A stretch of DNA of 64,000 bases from Clostridium sp. (GCA_017435645.1 JAFSER010000006.1:19679-83678), one strand, 5' to 3'. Numbered from the stretch's first letter, positions 1-10,715 are shown. Notes: a model not told the origin generated them from the letters alone. Translations and numbers: made by a program.

Positions 1-946
1 GTGCCATAGTCTTAGTCATAGAGCTTGATTTTTTCTTCATTGCTATAAGAGCAACAACTATTACTAATCCTAAAGTAGCTCCGCCCCCTCCCATGTATAC
101 AAAATTATCCATAAACTCTAGAGTTATTATATTTGGTATTTCCAATCCTGATTGAAAAGCTAAACGATTAGCATCTGAATTCATTAACCATAATGGCTTA
201 AAAATTGTATTAACAACGTTTCCACCATGAAGTCCAACAAACCAAAATAAGCTATTTAAAATTATTGCAACTATTGTTCCTAAAATATTACTTGTAAATA
301 TACTTAAAGGTTTACCTAAAACTATAATTAATACTTGATGTAAATTACCAAAGCTTGTCTTATCTATTATAATAAAAATTATTAACCATAAAGTGATTAT
401 AACTGTACCTGGAATTAAGGCACTAAAGCTTCTTGAAACTGCTGGTGGTACTGTATCTGGTAATTTAATTTGAATATTTTTATTTATAAATATTTGAAAT
501 ATATATGCTGATATAAGACCTAAAACTATTGCAACAAATAATCCTTGGCTTCCCATATAACTAACAGAAATTCCTTCTCCTGCTTCTGAAGCAATAAATG
601 GAGTAACTATTATAAAGGAAGATAAAGAAATAATACCTGCTGAAATTCCATCTACTTTATATTGCTTAGCGAAACTATATGCAACACCAAAACTTGCAAC
701 TAATCCCATTAAACCAAAACTACTATTAACTCCTTTCCAAAGATATCCTGACACGCCAATCTCACCAAGCCATGCCTCCCAACCTGGAAATGGTAAGCTT
801 GCTATTATCATAAATAAAGATCCAATTATAAGTAATGGTATACTCATTGTTACTCCATCACGAATAGCAACTAATCCTTTGTTTGTACCTAACTTTGTAG
901 CTATAGGTAATAATTTTGCTTCAAGAAATTGATTAAATTTATTCAT
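1..946 (-). CDS. PTS sugar transporter IIC component, cellobiose/lactose (Lac) family; 3' end runs off the window
   Basis: Not in the ORF track. Manual translation from ATG at 946 (SD-like TAGGGGGA upstream) gives MNKFNQFLEAKLLPIATKLGTNKGLVAIRDG...YMGSQGLFVAIVLG...IKLPDTVPPAVSRSFSALIP...FWFVGLHG...YMGGGGATLGL, typical CelB-type IIC motifs. Confidence 0.9.
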   Translation of the reverse strand, partial: MNKFNQFLEAKLLPIATKLGTNKGLVAIRDGVTMSIPLLIIGSLFMIIASLPFPGWEAWLGEIGVSGYLWKGVNSSFGLMGLVASFGVAYSFAKQYKVDGISAGIISLSSFIIVTPFIASEAGEGISVSYMGSQGLFVAIVLGLISAYIFQIFINKNIQIKLPDTVPPAVSRSFSALIPGTVIITLWLIIFIIIDKTSFGNLHQVLIIVLGKPLSIFTSNILGTIVAIILNSLFWFVGLHGGNVVNTIFKPLWLMNSDANRLAFQSGLEIPNIITLEFMDNFVYMGGGGATLGLVIVVALIAMKKKSSSMTKTMA

Positions 947-990
947 AATTATTCCCCCTAATTATTTATTTTTTATAATTTATTATGTTT

Positions 991-1006
991 AAGAAAACGT
1001 TACCTT
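991..1006. promoter_or_regulatory. Putative cre (CcpA) site upstream of the PTS IIC gene
   Basis: AAGAAAACGTTACCTT is a pseudo-palindrome with central CG that resembles the cre consensus. It lies between the predicted promoter and the RBS of a sugar PTS gene. Confidence 0.55.
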
Positions 1007-1042
1007 AAAACTTAATAATAATAATTTGTTATTATTAATCAA

Positions 1043-1071
1043 ATAATATATTATAAATTATAATCTGTCAA
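1043..1071 (-). promoter_or_regulatory. Putative sigmaA promoter for the PTS IIC gene
   Basis: Minus strand TTGACA (1071-1066), 17 bp spacer, TATTAT (1048-1043). Confidence 0.55.
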
Positions 1072-1150
1072 TGATATTTTTGTGAATTTTCAGAATAATT
1101 ATTTATAAATTATAATTAATATAGTATAATGTAATTACGAAGGAAGTGAA

Positions 1151-2347
1151 GTGATGAAAATTACAAAAAAACAAAAAGAAATTAGATTTAAAATTATAGA
1201 TAAAATTTATTCAAAATGCCCTATATCAAGAATAGATATATCTAGAGAAACAGGAATTACCCCTGCTACTGTTAGTGAAATTACAGGAAATATATTAAAT
1301 GAAAATCTTATATATGAAATAGGTGAATTCACACCTGAAGAAAATAAATCTGGTAGAAAAAAAATTCTACTAGATATTTGCGATAACCATAGTTTTTTTA
1401 TAGGAAGCGAATTATCTCAAAAATATATTTCTTTTTGTTTAACAGATAATAAAGGAAATATAATAAATGAAAAAATCATTAAATTAGATAGTTACAATTT
1501 TAATAGTATATTAACTGAAGAAATATACTTAAAAGAGTTACAAAACTTTATAAATAATTGTAAAAAATATAATCCTCAAGGAATAGGCGTTGCCATCCCT
1601 GGTCATTTTGATGCACAACAAAAATTACTAGTAAGTAACAATACTTTTTGGAAAAATTTCGATATAAAATATGTAATAGATAATATTGAACTTCCATTTT
1701 ATTTTGAAAATAATGTCCACTGCATGTCTTTAGCCGAAAGATTTTTTAATAGTAATAATGATGAAAACTTTTTATTTCTTCATGTTGGTAATGGAATGTT
1801 TTGTTCTTATATGTATAATGGAACCTTATATGAAAAAAATAATTTTTTAGTTGGAGAAGTTGGGCATATTATAGTTCATCCTGATGGTGAATTATGTGAA
1901 TGTGGAAAAAGAGGATGTCTTCAAACCTATGCTAGTGAAGCATGGATAATAAAAAAATGCCAATTACTTTTTGATAATTCTGGAACAACATTTTTAAAAC
2001 AATTAGTTCAAAATAAAAACGAAATAACTATAAATACAGTACTTAAAGCATATAAATTAGGCGATGAAGGAGTAAATAATATACTAAATTCAGCAATTAA
2101 ATATATATCTATTACTATTAATAATTTAGCTATGATGATTGGTACAGATAAAATTATAGTCCATGGAGAGTTATTTAATGAACCTTTACTATTAAATTTA
2201 CTAGACGAAAATATTAAAAAGAGTTCAAATTTACTATCTACAGAAGAACAACCTAATATTAAGTTTAAAAAATATCACAGTATAAATGGTGCTCTCTCTG
2301 CAACATCCTTATGTATAAAAAATATATTAGTTGGTGATATATTATAG
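1151..2347 (+). CDS. ROK family transcriptional repressor (XylR/NagC-like)
   Basis: N-terminal HTH (ISRIDISRETGITPATVSEIT) and SGRK motif. ROK signature GEVGHIIVHPDGELCECGKRGCLQTYAS. Divergent from the PTS gene. Confidence 0.93.
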   Translation: MMKITKKQKEIRFKIIDKIYSKCPISRIDISRETGITPATVSEITGNILNENLIYEIGEFTPEENKSGRKKILLDICDNHSFFIGSELSQKYISFCLTDNKGNIINEKIIKLDSYNFNSILTEEIYLKELQNFINNCKKYNPQGIGVAIPGHFDAQQKLLVSNNTFWKNFDIKYVIDNIELPFYFENNVHCMSLAERFFNSNNDENFLFLHVGNGMFCSYMYNGTLYEKNNFLVGEVGHIIVHPDGELCECGKRGCLQTYASEAWIIKKCQLLFDNSGTTFLKQLVQNKNEITINTVLKAYKLGDEGVNNILNSAIKYISITINNLAMMIGTDKIIVHGELFNEPLLLNLLDENIKKSSNLLSTEEQPNIKFKKYHSINGALSATSLCIKNILVGDIL

Positions 2348-2406
2348 TTTTCTTAGAAAATAAATTAAAAGAAAAGATATCTTTTAGTTAAATATAGTAT
2401 TATCGG

Positions 2407-2452
2407 TATGGAATAGTTAGTGTACTATACTCACTAATTCCATATCTTTTTT
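2407..2452 (+). terminator. Intrinsic terminator after the ROK gene
   Basis: Stem TATGGAATAGTTAGTG...CACTAATTCCATA followed by a T-run. Confidence 0.6.
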
Positions 2453-2640
2453 ATATAAATTATAATAATTCTCTACTTTAAAATTAACTTGTTTTCCTAT
2501 GCATCTATTTTTTAGTTTTAAATATTATTTTTTCAGCAAATTTTTAAATACAAAAAACTACAATAAAAATAAATAATAATACTATAGTTTTATAATAAAA
2601 AGTCGAATTTATAAAGAATACATTTAAACTCTTGAAAATA

Positions 2641-2669
2641 TTGACATTTATTGGTGTGTTTTGTATAAT
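2641..2669 (+). promoter_or_regulatory. Consensus sigmaA promoter upstream of the M60 gene
   Basis: TTGACA (2641-2646), 17 bp spacer, TATAAT (2664-2669). Confidence 0.75.
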
Positions 2670-2936
2670 TATACCTAAGTTAATTTGTCTATTATAAATA
2701 CCTATCCTATTCTATAAAAATCTATTTTGGTTACTTTATTAAATTAAAATTAACCTTTAATCTGACTTTCTAAGGATTATCCCAAATATACTAATTAAAT
2801 ATTTCTAATTTAAATTAACTGTACTATATTTATATTAAAATTTATGTAATATAATGTTCATTTTACTTGTATTTTTAATATAAGTTTTGTATATGAAAAG
2901 ATTATTAATACTAATAACTATATAAAGGAGCTTATC

Positions 2937-5900
2937 ATGAAAAAAAATAATAAAAATAAGCATGAAGTTTCAAAAAAAGTAACTGCTACTTCCATGGCTG
3001 TTATGCTAGGTAGTGGAATGTTATCTTCAATTGATTCAACTTCTGTAAATGCTACTACAAATTCTAAATCAACTACTAATACAAAATCTACTAATGATAC
3101 TGCTACTATCTTAGATAATGCTAATCTAGCTTCTACAGAAAATATTGAAGAAGTACAATCTCCTAAAGCTGATAAAGATAAGTCCGTTGCATTTCTAAAT
3201 GAAGTAAAGGTATTATTTACAGACGATGAAATGACTACCTTAAAGAGCGATATAACTTTAGAACAGTTAAATGAATTACTTCAAAAAGCTAAAAATATAA
3301 AAGATACTAAAATAGAAGAAAAATTACAATCTACAATACATACGCTTAAAAGTACGCAACTTGATGAACAGGTTAATAATCTTTTTACAGACCTTACTTT
3401 TATGACATTAAAAGATGACGTTACATCAGATAGTCTTTACAAATTATTAGAAGAATCTAAAGACTATGCTTCACGCCTTACACAAGAAAAAATTCAAAAA
3501 GCAATGGATATACTAGAAGAAGCTTCTATAAATACATCTGAATCTGAAGATGAAAAATCTACATCCTCTGAATTTACTAAGAAAGAAGATACTTCTAATA
3601 CTACAAAAAAAACTACTACTGAAACTACAGTAACTTTAGATGGTACTAAAGATGATAATTTAAAAAATACAACTAATTCTACAGAAAAAATATCCTCAAA
3701 TACAGATACTACTACTGATAAAGCAACTAATAAGGAACTAAAAGAAGATGCTACAACTTCTACTATTAAATCCTTAAGTAATGAGCCTAAAAAATCAGAA
3801 GATACAAATCTTTCTTATGATGATATATATAGAATTTCAAATAAAAAAATAAAATCATATTCAAATAATGGTGGAGAATATCCTTATAGCCCCTTAAGTA
3901 ATATGTTCGATAATAATACTGCTACCCATTGGGAAACAGGAACAAAAAATACAAGTTCTTTTAAAAATGAATTTACAGTAACCTTTACTGAAAAACTTAA
4001 AATAGGAAGCTTAGTTTATACTCCTCGTGTTACCGGTTCTGCTAATAAAGGCTTTCCTAAAAAATATACTATTTATTCCTCTACAGAAGAAACAGGTGAA
4101 GATAACTTTACAAAAATTATTAGTGGTACAGCAATTGTAGCTTCTGGAGAATTAAAGATAAATTTCAATAAAGAGATAGAAGCCAAGCGAATAAAATTTG
4201 TATTTGATGAAGCTAGTGAAGAATGGGCTGCTGCTTCTGAGTTAGCTTTTTATAAGATTGATAAATTAAGTAATAATGTAGAAAACTTATTTACTGATAA
4301 TACATTCTCACAAGTACAATCAGGAATAACATTAAACGATGTTAATAAAATGCTTGAAGAAGTAAATAACCATCCTAACAAATCATTATTAATTGAAAAA
4401 TTAAAGCTTGCAAAATCTATTTTAGATAAGAGCTATAATCCTTTAGATAGAGTCTTTGAAGTTGAACAAAGAGGAGATGGAGTAAATCATGCTAGAAATG
4501 TATTACTTACTTCAAGCTATGGAACTAACCTTCTTCCAACAGGTATAGCAGCTCTAGCTGGAGAAACAATTAAAGTTTATGTGGAAGTTGATGATGGAGC
4601 CCCCCTTCCTCAAATCAGCTTTACACAACAAATGGGGCATTGGAAAAACTGGATTCATACATTTAATCTTAAAGAAGGTGAAAATACATTTATAGTACCA
4701 ACCATCTATGATGAAACTTGGACAAATAAAGTTATTCCTGGAGGAGCAATCTATATTGTAAATCCATACACAAAAGAACAACAAGGAAATGCACCTAAAA
4801 TTAGAATTGAAGGCGGACATGCTTATCCATTATTTGAAAATGGAGAAGATCCAGTTGCCTTTGAAAATGAATTAAAAGAATATAAAGAAAAACTTGAAAA
4901 AAATCCAAAAAAATATGTTGATATAGTTGAATTAGTTAATGATTGGACAATAATAAATTCAAATATGGCATCAGCAGAAGCTACATTCTTAAGTGATGGT
5001 GACTTTGATGCTCAAAAAACATTAGATTTCCATAAAGAACGTCTTACCGCGTTCTTTGAATATGCTGGTATTTATGAAAATAGTAGTGATATTAAACATT
5101 CTCGTAATGGTGCAAGAGCAAATTTACGTTTAATGCAACCTTGGGCCTTCGCTTATGCAGCTGCTAACCATACAGGCTTCCAACAAATTTGCGCTGATAA
5201 TTTATTTGCTGGAAAATCATATAGTTGGGCAGAAGCTCATGAAATTGGGCATCACTTTGATGTTAAAGGTGGAACCATAGGAGAAGTCACAAATAATATG
5301 TGGGCAAACTACAATTCTGTTGATCTACAAGGTGAAAGTGATAGAATGGCTAGTGCTTACCCTATTCTATTTACTACTGTTGCATCAGATGACTATGAAA
5401 CATTAGCTACTCCTAATAACATCAATGCTCTAACTATCTTCTGGCAATTGCACCTTCTAGATAAAGACTACTGGAAAAACTATCAAATAGCTTATCGTGA
5501 AGGAGTAGCTTCAGACATGGGATTATCTGAATATGAACGTATGTCTGTAATATCCTCTTATGTATTAGGTATTGACATAACTGAACACTTTATAAGGCAT
5601 AAATTCATAACTGGTAACAGTATAGATAAAGTTAAAAGTGCATTAAAAAAACTTAAAATAGAAACTCCTCCAGAAAATATAAAACCATGGTATTTATCAA
5701 CAAAGGCAACTCTAGACCGTGAAAGTAAATTTACAAAAGAATATACTCCAGAAATAATTTCATTATCTCAAGAAAATGGTAAAATTGTATTAACCTTAGA
5801 TATAGATAAAGAAGCGGATGATGCTCTATTAGGATACGAAGTTTGGGAAGATGGAAAGATAATAGGATTTACTGATACTAATACTTTTTCTACTATTTAT

Positions 5901-7193
5901 GATGATGATGGAAAAGAACATACTTATAAAGTTCGTGCTTATGACTTAAGATTAAACCAATCAAAATTTAGTGAAGAATTTACGGGGAAAACAAATTTCC
6001 CAATTATATCTGTTGTGGATAGTACTATTTTTGAATTAAATGATTACGTTAACTCTGAAGACGTAAAAAATATGTTTAATGCTTACGACTCTTCTGGTAA
6101 AAAGCTAACTATAAATATAGATAAGGGATCATTTGACACAGCTGTTCCTGGAAAATATACTCATACTATAAGTGCTATTACTGAAGATGGAAACAAATCA
6201 ACTAAAATAATACCTATAAATGTATCTACGAGAACAGTTTATGCTTCTGAAATCCAACCAAAAGAAAAAACTATAAAAAATAGTGAAATGGATTTTAATG
6301 AAGAAATAAACTTAAATATAAATAAAAACGCCTATAATTATGATGAAGGTTTGGTTGTTCCAATAAACTCATCTATCACTTACGATATTACAGATAAAAA
6401 ATATGCTTATTTTGAAACCTTTATTGGACTAGATAGAAATAATACTATCAATAAAGATGCTGCTGCTAGATTTGAAATCTGGGTAGATGGGAATAGAAAA
6501 TTTATAAGTGATGAAATGGCTATAGATAGTAATATGCAATATGTTAAATTAGATATAACTAATGCAAAAACAGTTAAATTAGTTACAACAGGAACTGATT
6601 TAGATACAGATAATCTTCCATCTTGGGCAGATGCAAAATTTGTTAGTGTTACAGACCTAAATGAATTACCTAAAGCTGATGCTGCTTGGATAAAGATTGA
6701 TGAAAATGAAAATACAACAGATAAATCTGAACCTTCTACAGAAAGTGAAAAGCCTAAATCCAATACTAATGATGATAAATCACCTTATGATTCCAGTATT
6801 ATTGATGAAACTCCTAATATTAGTATAGAAAATGATGATATAAGTGCAGCAATAAAAAGTTTTGATTCATTAGATGATAGCACTACTACTTCAAATAATA
6901 AAATAAATAAATATATTACTAATACTACTCCTACTGCTGATGATAAAAAGATAAATAAAAAAACTACAGAATTTAAAAACAACTCAACTTTAATAGCTTC
7001 TGATGATAAAAATTTAGATGCTAATAATAATTCTACTACTAAAAATGAAAATAAAGATTCTAATACAAAAGATGTTTATGAAAATTATCCTGATACTTCC
7101 AACAAAAAAGAATCTTCAATTGCAACTATGGGAATATCATTAGCTCTCACTGGTGTTGCATTAATTAGCTTAATAAAATCTAAAAAGAAATAG
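2937..7193 (+). CDS. Surface-anchored M60-family zinc glycopeptidase (mucinase-like) with F5/8C (CBM32-like), Ig/FN3-like and NPCBM domains
   Basis: Signal peptide; F5/8C motif (NMFDNNTATHWET...WAAASELAFY); M60 N-domain (PTGIAALAGETIKVYV, GGAIYIVN); gluzincin motif AHEIGH followed by GEVTNNMW; NPCBM (YFETFIGLD...FEIWVDG...WADAK). C-terminal YPDTS, hydrophobic helix and KSKKK resemble a sortase signal. Confidence 0.88.
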   Translation: MKKNNKNKHEVSKKVTATSMAVMLGSGMLSSIDSTSVNATTNSKSTTNTKSTNDTATILDNANLASTENIEEVQSPKADKDKSVAFLNEVKVLFTDDEMTTLKSDITLEQLNELLQKAKNIKDTKIEEKLQSTIHTLKSTQLDEQVNNLFTDLTFMTLKDDVTSDSLYKLLEESKDYASRLTQEKIQKAMDILEEASINTSESEDEKSTSSEFTKKEDTSNTTKKTTTETTVTLDGTKDDNLKNTTNSTEKISSNTDTTTDKATNKELKEDATTSTIKSLSNEPKKSEDTNLSYDDIYRISNKKIKSYSNNGGEYPYSPLSNMFDNNTATHWETGTKNTSSFKNEFTVTFTEKLKIGSLVYTPRVTGSANKGFPKKYTIYSSTEETGEDNFTKIISGTAIVASGELKINFNKEIEAKRIKFVFDEASEEWAAASELAFYKIDKLSNNVENLFTDNTFSQVQSGITLNDVNKMLEEVNNHPNKSLLIEKLKLAKSILDKSYNPLDRVFEVEQRGDGVNHARNVLLTSSYGTNLLPTGIAALAGETIKVYVEVDDGAPLPQISFTQQMGHWKNWIHTFNLKEGENTFIVPTIYDETWTNKVIPGGAIYIVNPYTKEQQGNAPKIRIEGGHAYPLFENGEDPVAFENELKEYKEKLEKNPKKYVDIVELVNDWTIINSNMASAEATFLSDGDFDAQKTLDFHKERLTAFFEYAGIYENSSDIKHSRNGARANLRLMQPWAFAYAAANHTGFQQICADNLFAGKSYSWAEAHEIGHHFDVKGGTIGEVTNNMWANYNSVDLQGESDRMASAYPILFTTVASDDYETLATPNNINALTIFWQLHLLDKDYWKNYQIAYREGVASDMGLSEYERMSVISSYVLGIDITEHFIRHKFITGNSIDKVKSALKKLKIETPPENIKPWYLSTKATLDRESKFTKEYTPEIISLSQENGKIVLTLDIDKEADDALLGYEVWEDGKIIGFTDTNTFSTIYDDDGKEHTYKVRAYDLRLNQSKFSEEFTGKTNFPIISVVDSTIFELNDYVNSEDVKNMFNAYDSSGKKLTINIDKGSFDTAVPGKYTHTISAITEDGNKSTKIIPINVSTRTVYASEIQPKEKTIKNSEMDFNEEINLNINKNAYNYDEGLVVPINSSITYDITDKKYAYFETFIGLDRNNTINKDAAARFEIWVDGNRKFISDEMAIDSNMQYVKLDITNAKTVKLVTTGTDLDTDNLPSWADAKFVSVTDLNELPKADAAWIKIDENENTTDKSEPSTESEKPKSNTNDDKSPYDSSIIDETPNISIENDDISAAIKSFDSLDDSTTTSNNKINKYITNTTPTADDKKINKKTTEFKNNSTLIASDDKNLDANNNSTTKNENKDSNTKDVYENYPDTSNKKESSIATMGISLALTGVALISLIKSKKK

Positions 7194-7205
7194 TATTTGT
7201 TTTTT

Positions 7206-7256
7206 AGCGCTATCTGATAAGTGATTTTCAAGTATTTATTAGATAGCTCTTTTTTT
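7206..7256 (+). terminator. Intrinsic terminator after the M60 gene
   Basis: Stem AGCGCTATCTGATAAGT...ATTTATTAGATAGCTCT followed by a T-run. Confidence 0.75.
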
Positions 7257-7333
7257 GTTATTTATATCATAAACTTAAACTAAATTACAATGATATTATC
7301 AATTAATAATAACCTCTTATTTTTCTCCATTAG

Positions 7334-7362
7334 TTGACATAATATACACTTTTTATTAGAAT
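7334..7362 (+). promoter_or_regulatory. Putative sigmaA promoter for the 7455 gene
   Basis: TTGACA (7334-7339), 17 bp spacer, TAGAAT (7357-7362). Confidence 0.65.
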
Positions 7363-7454
7363 ATATTTTGTTAATAAATATATTTAAATTGCACAAATAA
7401 TAATATTCTATTTATTATTTATTAATGAAATAATACAAAAGAAAGGTAATAATT

Positions 7455-9038
7455 ATGAACGCTTCTAATAATAAAAAAATTACAGTTGCAAAAAATGTTA
7501 CTGCTGCTTCTCTTGCAGTTTTATTTAGCGGAAATATTTTCCCACATAATAAATTTAATGAAGACTTTATACCAATAAAATTCAATAGAAACAGCTCTAA
7601 TAATGATGCGCTCCCCAATAATGAAAAATTTATATTAAAATCAAATACAACTCAAAACTTAGCATATAATAAAGAACTTCTAGAATTAACTACCCGTACT
7701 AATAATATGTCTACAAACTCTTCAATTGTACAAGTGCAAGAAACAGCAAAATCACAGAATTTATCTATACCAAGTGAAGAAATAAAAAATCCCCTATATT
7801 CTTCAACTTTATTAGAACAACTTCCACTAGGTATAGATACATTAATATTAAATAAAAATTACATAAAAAACTTATCCACTAACATAAATAGTAAAAATAA
7901 ATTCTCTAATTTACAAGTTAATAATTACACAAATAATAATATAATTTCATCATCTAAAATAAACTCTAGTGAAAAAACAGGTATATATAGTGACTTAGTA
8001 GATAATGATAGGATTAATTACTCAAATTTAAATAAAAATAAATCAAAAAATTCATCAACTAATGATATATATTTACCTAAAATTTTAGTAACAAAAAGTA
8101 CAGTTTTTGACTTATATTCAAATATTACATATAATGATATCCTTTCAGTTATAACAGCTTATGACCACAATAATAAAAAAATAAAAAATCTAAAATTTAC
8201 AGGTAAGGTTAATACTTCAAAACCTGGACTCTATAATATTACCTTTATGGCAAAAAACTCTAATGGAAATGAAAGTTCTATGCAAGTTCCTATAATTGTT
8301 TCTACCCAAAAATCTTTTATTTCCAATAAAGATATACATCCTAGCATATCTTTAAATTTAGAAACTCTTAATTTAGATAATGATATAAAACTAAAAGAAA
8401 ATATTAATATTGCTACCTATAATAGCGGTTTATTAGTTCCATATAATTCTACTTACATATATGATATTTCAGATAAAAACTTTACATATTTTGAATCATT
8501 TTTAGGTATAGATATTAATGATAAATTTGATACTACTTCAATAGTTGTTTTTGAAATATGGGTAGATAACGTACTTAAATTTAATAGTGAAAAAATGAAT
8601 TTAAACTCAAATATGCAGTACGTTAAAATAGATATAACTAATGCAAAAGAAATTAAATTAGTTACAAAAGGAAATTCAATATCTTTATCTAATTTTCCAG
8701 CTTGGGCAGATATTAAATTTATTTCAACAAAATTAAATAACTTAGAAAATTATGCTGACATACCTTCAGCTAAAATATTAGAAACATGTATCGACTCTAA
8801 TAATAATTACTTAGTAAATAAAAATATTTCGTATTTAAATAAAGATACAGTAGATACTAAAGAAAATACAAATAATAATACTCTAAATACTAATCAAAAA
8901 AATTCTAAAACTAGACCTTTAGGAGTTAATATCACAGAAAGAACTACAACTACTATTGGAGTTAATATAGCCATATCTTTAGCTATTACAGGCTTTTCTC
9001 TATTGGGAATAATTAAATTAAGAAAAAATAATAAATAA
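7455..9038 (+). CDS. Surface protein with Ig-like and NPCBM domains; non-catalytic paralogue of the upstream M60 protein
   Basis: Signal peptide resembles that of 2937 (AKNVTAASLAV vs SKKVTATSMAV). C-terminal half aligns with the M60 protein (YFESFLGID, FEIWVD, SNMQYVKIDITNAK, PAWADIKF). C-terminal TM plus basic tail. No HEXXH motif. Confidence 0.75.
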   Translation: MNASNNKKITVAKNVTAASLAVLFSGNIFPHNKFNEDFIPIKFNRNSSNNDALPNNEKFILKSNTTQNLAYNKELLELTTRTNNMSTNSSIVQVQETAKSQNLSIPSEEIKNPLYSSTLLEQLPLGIDTLILNKNYIKNLSTNINSKNKFSNLQVNNYTNNNIISSSKINSSEKTGIYSDLVDNDRINYSNLNKNKSKNSSTNDIYLPKILVTKSTVFDLYSNITYNDILSVITAYDHNNKKIKNLKFTGKVNTSKPGLYNITFMAKNSNGNESSMQVPIIVSTQKSFISNKDIHPSISLNLETLNLDNDIKLKENINIATYNSGLLVPYNSTYIYDISDKNFTYFESFLGIDINDKFDTTSIVVFEIWVDNVLKFNSEKMNLNSNMQYVKIDITNAKEIKLVTKGNSISLSNFPAWADIKFISTKLNNLENYADIPSAKILETCIDSNNNYLVNKNISYLNKDTVDTKENTNNNTLNTNQKNSKTRPLGVNITERTTTTIGVNIAISLAITGFSLLGIIKLRKNNK

Positions 9039-9069
9039 CCAATAGATTTTAAATCTATTGGCTATTTAT
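9031..9069. terminator. Bidirectional terminator between convergent genes
   Basis: Near-perfect inverted repeat ATAAATAACCAATAGATTT-T-AAATCTATTGGCTATTTAT. Confidence 0.7.
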
Positions 9070-9081
9070 TATTTATAAAAA

Positions 9082-10200
9082 TTACTTTTTAAAATATTCC
9101 TTTATTAAATTAGTAATTCTCATACATGCTTTTCCATCTCCATATGGGTTAGTTGCATGCGCCATTTTATTATATTCTTCTTCATTATTAATTAATAAGT
9201 TTCCTACTTCAAAAATAGCTGATTCTTCTATTCCAACTAGCTTTACCGTACCTGCCTCTACTGCTTCTGGTCTTTCTGTTTCTGTTCTAAGTACCATAAC
9301 TGGTTTTCCTAAAGCTGGTGCTTCCTCTTGTATTCCACCTGAATCTGTCATTATTAAATAACATTTTGACATAAGATTAGCAAAGTCAACATATTCAAGT
9401 GGCTCTATTAATAAAACCTTATCTTCAACTCCTGCAAAGCTTTCCTTTGCTAATTCTCTTATTAATGGATTTTTATGCATTGGGAAGATCACCTTAACAT
9501 CATTATTTTCCTCGGCTAATCTTCTTGTAGCTGCAAAAATGTCCTTCATTGGTTTTCCCCAATTTTCTCTTCTATGACTTGTTAATAAAATTACTTTATT
9601 ATTTTCAAAATCTAAATTATTTAATGACTCATCTTCAAAGCTATGCTCTTTATTTATAACACTTAATAAAGCATCTATAACTGTATTTCCTGTTATATGA
9701 ACATTATTCTTAATTCCTTCACTTAAAAGATTATTTTCATTACTCTTAGTTGGCGCAAAATGTAATGTTGTTAATGCACCAGTAAGCTTTCTATTAGCCT
9801 CTTCAGGAAATGGTGAATATATATCTCCACTTCTTAGTCCTGCTTCTACATGTCCTACTGGAACCTTATTATAAAAAGCTGCTAAAGCTCCATTTAATGT
9901 AGTTGAAGTATCACCATGAACTAATACTATATCTGGATTACAATCTTTTATTACTTTATCTACTCCACTTAAAACCTTATTTGAAACATCTACTATAGTT
10001 TGTCCATGAGCCATTATATCTAAATCATACTGTGGCTTAACATCAAATATTTCTGTAACTGAATCTAGCATTTCTCTATGTTGAGCTGTAACACACACTA
10101 TTGATTCAATTTCCTCATCTTTTTCTAATACCTTTACTAATGGACACATTTTTATTGCTTCTGGTCTTGTTCCAAAAACTGATAATACTTTTATCGCCAT
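9082..10200 (-). CDS. wecB: UDP-N-acetylglucosamine 2-epimerase (non-hydrolysing; MnaA/WecB)
   Basis: Motifs VFGTRPEAIKM, VLVHGDT, HVEAGLRS, PFPEEANR, TDSGGIQEEAP, TERPE, NPYGDG. Confidence 0.97.
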   Translation of the reverse strand: MAIKVLSVFGTRPEAIKMCPLVKVLEKDEEIESIVCVTAQHREMLDSVTEIFDVKPQYDLDIMAHGQTIVDVSNKVLSGVDKVIKDCNPDIVLVHGDTSTTLNGALAAFYNKVPVGHVEAGLRSGDIYSPFPEEANRKLTGALTTLHFAPTKSNENNLLSEGIKNNVHITGNTVIDALLSVINKEHSFEDESLNNLDFENNKVILLTSHRRENWGKPMKDIFAATRRLAEENNDVKVIFPMHKNPLIRELAKESFAGVEDKVLLIEPLEYVDFANLMSKCYLIMTDSGGIQEEAPALGKPVMVLRTETERPEAVEAGTVKLVGIEESAIFEVGNLLINNEEEYNKMAHATNPYGDGKACMRITNLIKEYFKK

Positions 10201-10632
10201 AAACTTATCTCCTTAAAAATAAACTTAATTTCATTATAATATATTATATATTAATTATAAAATAATTAATATGTTTACTATTACTTTTTACAAATGAATA
10301 TTTCAAATTATACTAATACTCTTTTTCAAAGCATATAAAAAAGCTTAACAATTCTTACTTATAGATATTTAAAATATATTATTATTTATTAATTCTAAAA
10401 TTAATTCACTCTACATATTTATTTTACTATTTTTTTAATAATCTTAATCTTTAATATTTAAATATTAAATTTACTATAATTAATACACTATACAGCTTTA
10501 TTTATATATTACATATAAATTTATTTTTTACTATATATCATCTATGTATATTAATTTTACTTCTATACCTATAATATAAAATTTAGTAATTTCATATAAT
10601 ATATGTATATTATTTTTTAAATTATATGAAAT

Positions 10633-10664
10633 ATCCCCGTAAGAAAAATATATCTTACCGGGAT
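10633..10664 (-). terminator. Hairpin at the end of the glycopolymer operon
   Basis: GC-rich stem ATCCCCGTAAGA...TCTTACCGGGAT about 50 nt after the stop codon at 10716. Confidence 0.6.
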
Positions 10665-10715
10665 TAAGTTATTTCTTATATTAATTATATAGATTTTTTA
10701 ATTTAGAACATTAAA

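Noticed and set aside
4554-7618. Short minus-strand ORFs at 4554, 6407, 6785 and 7415
   Set aside because: Antisense to well-supported genes; no recognisable motifs.
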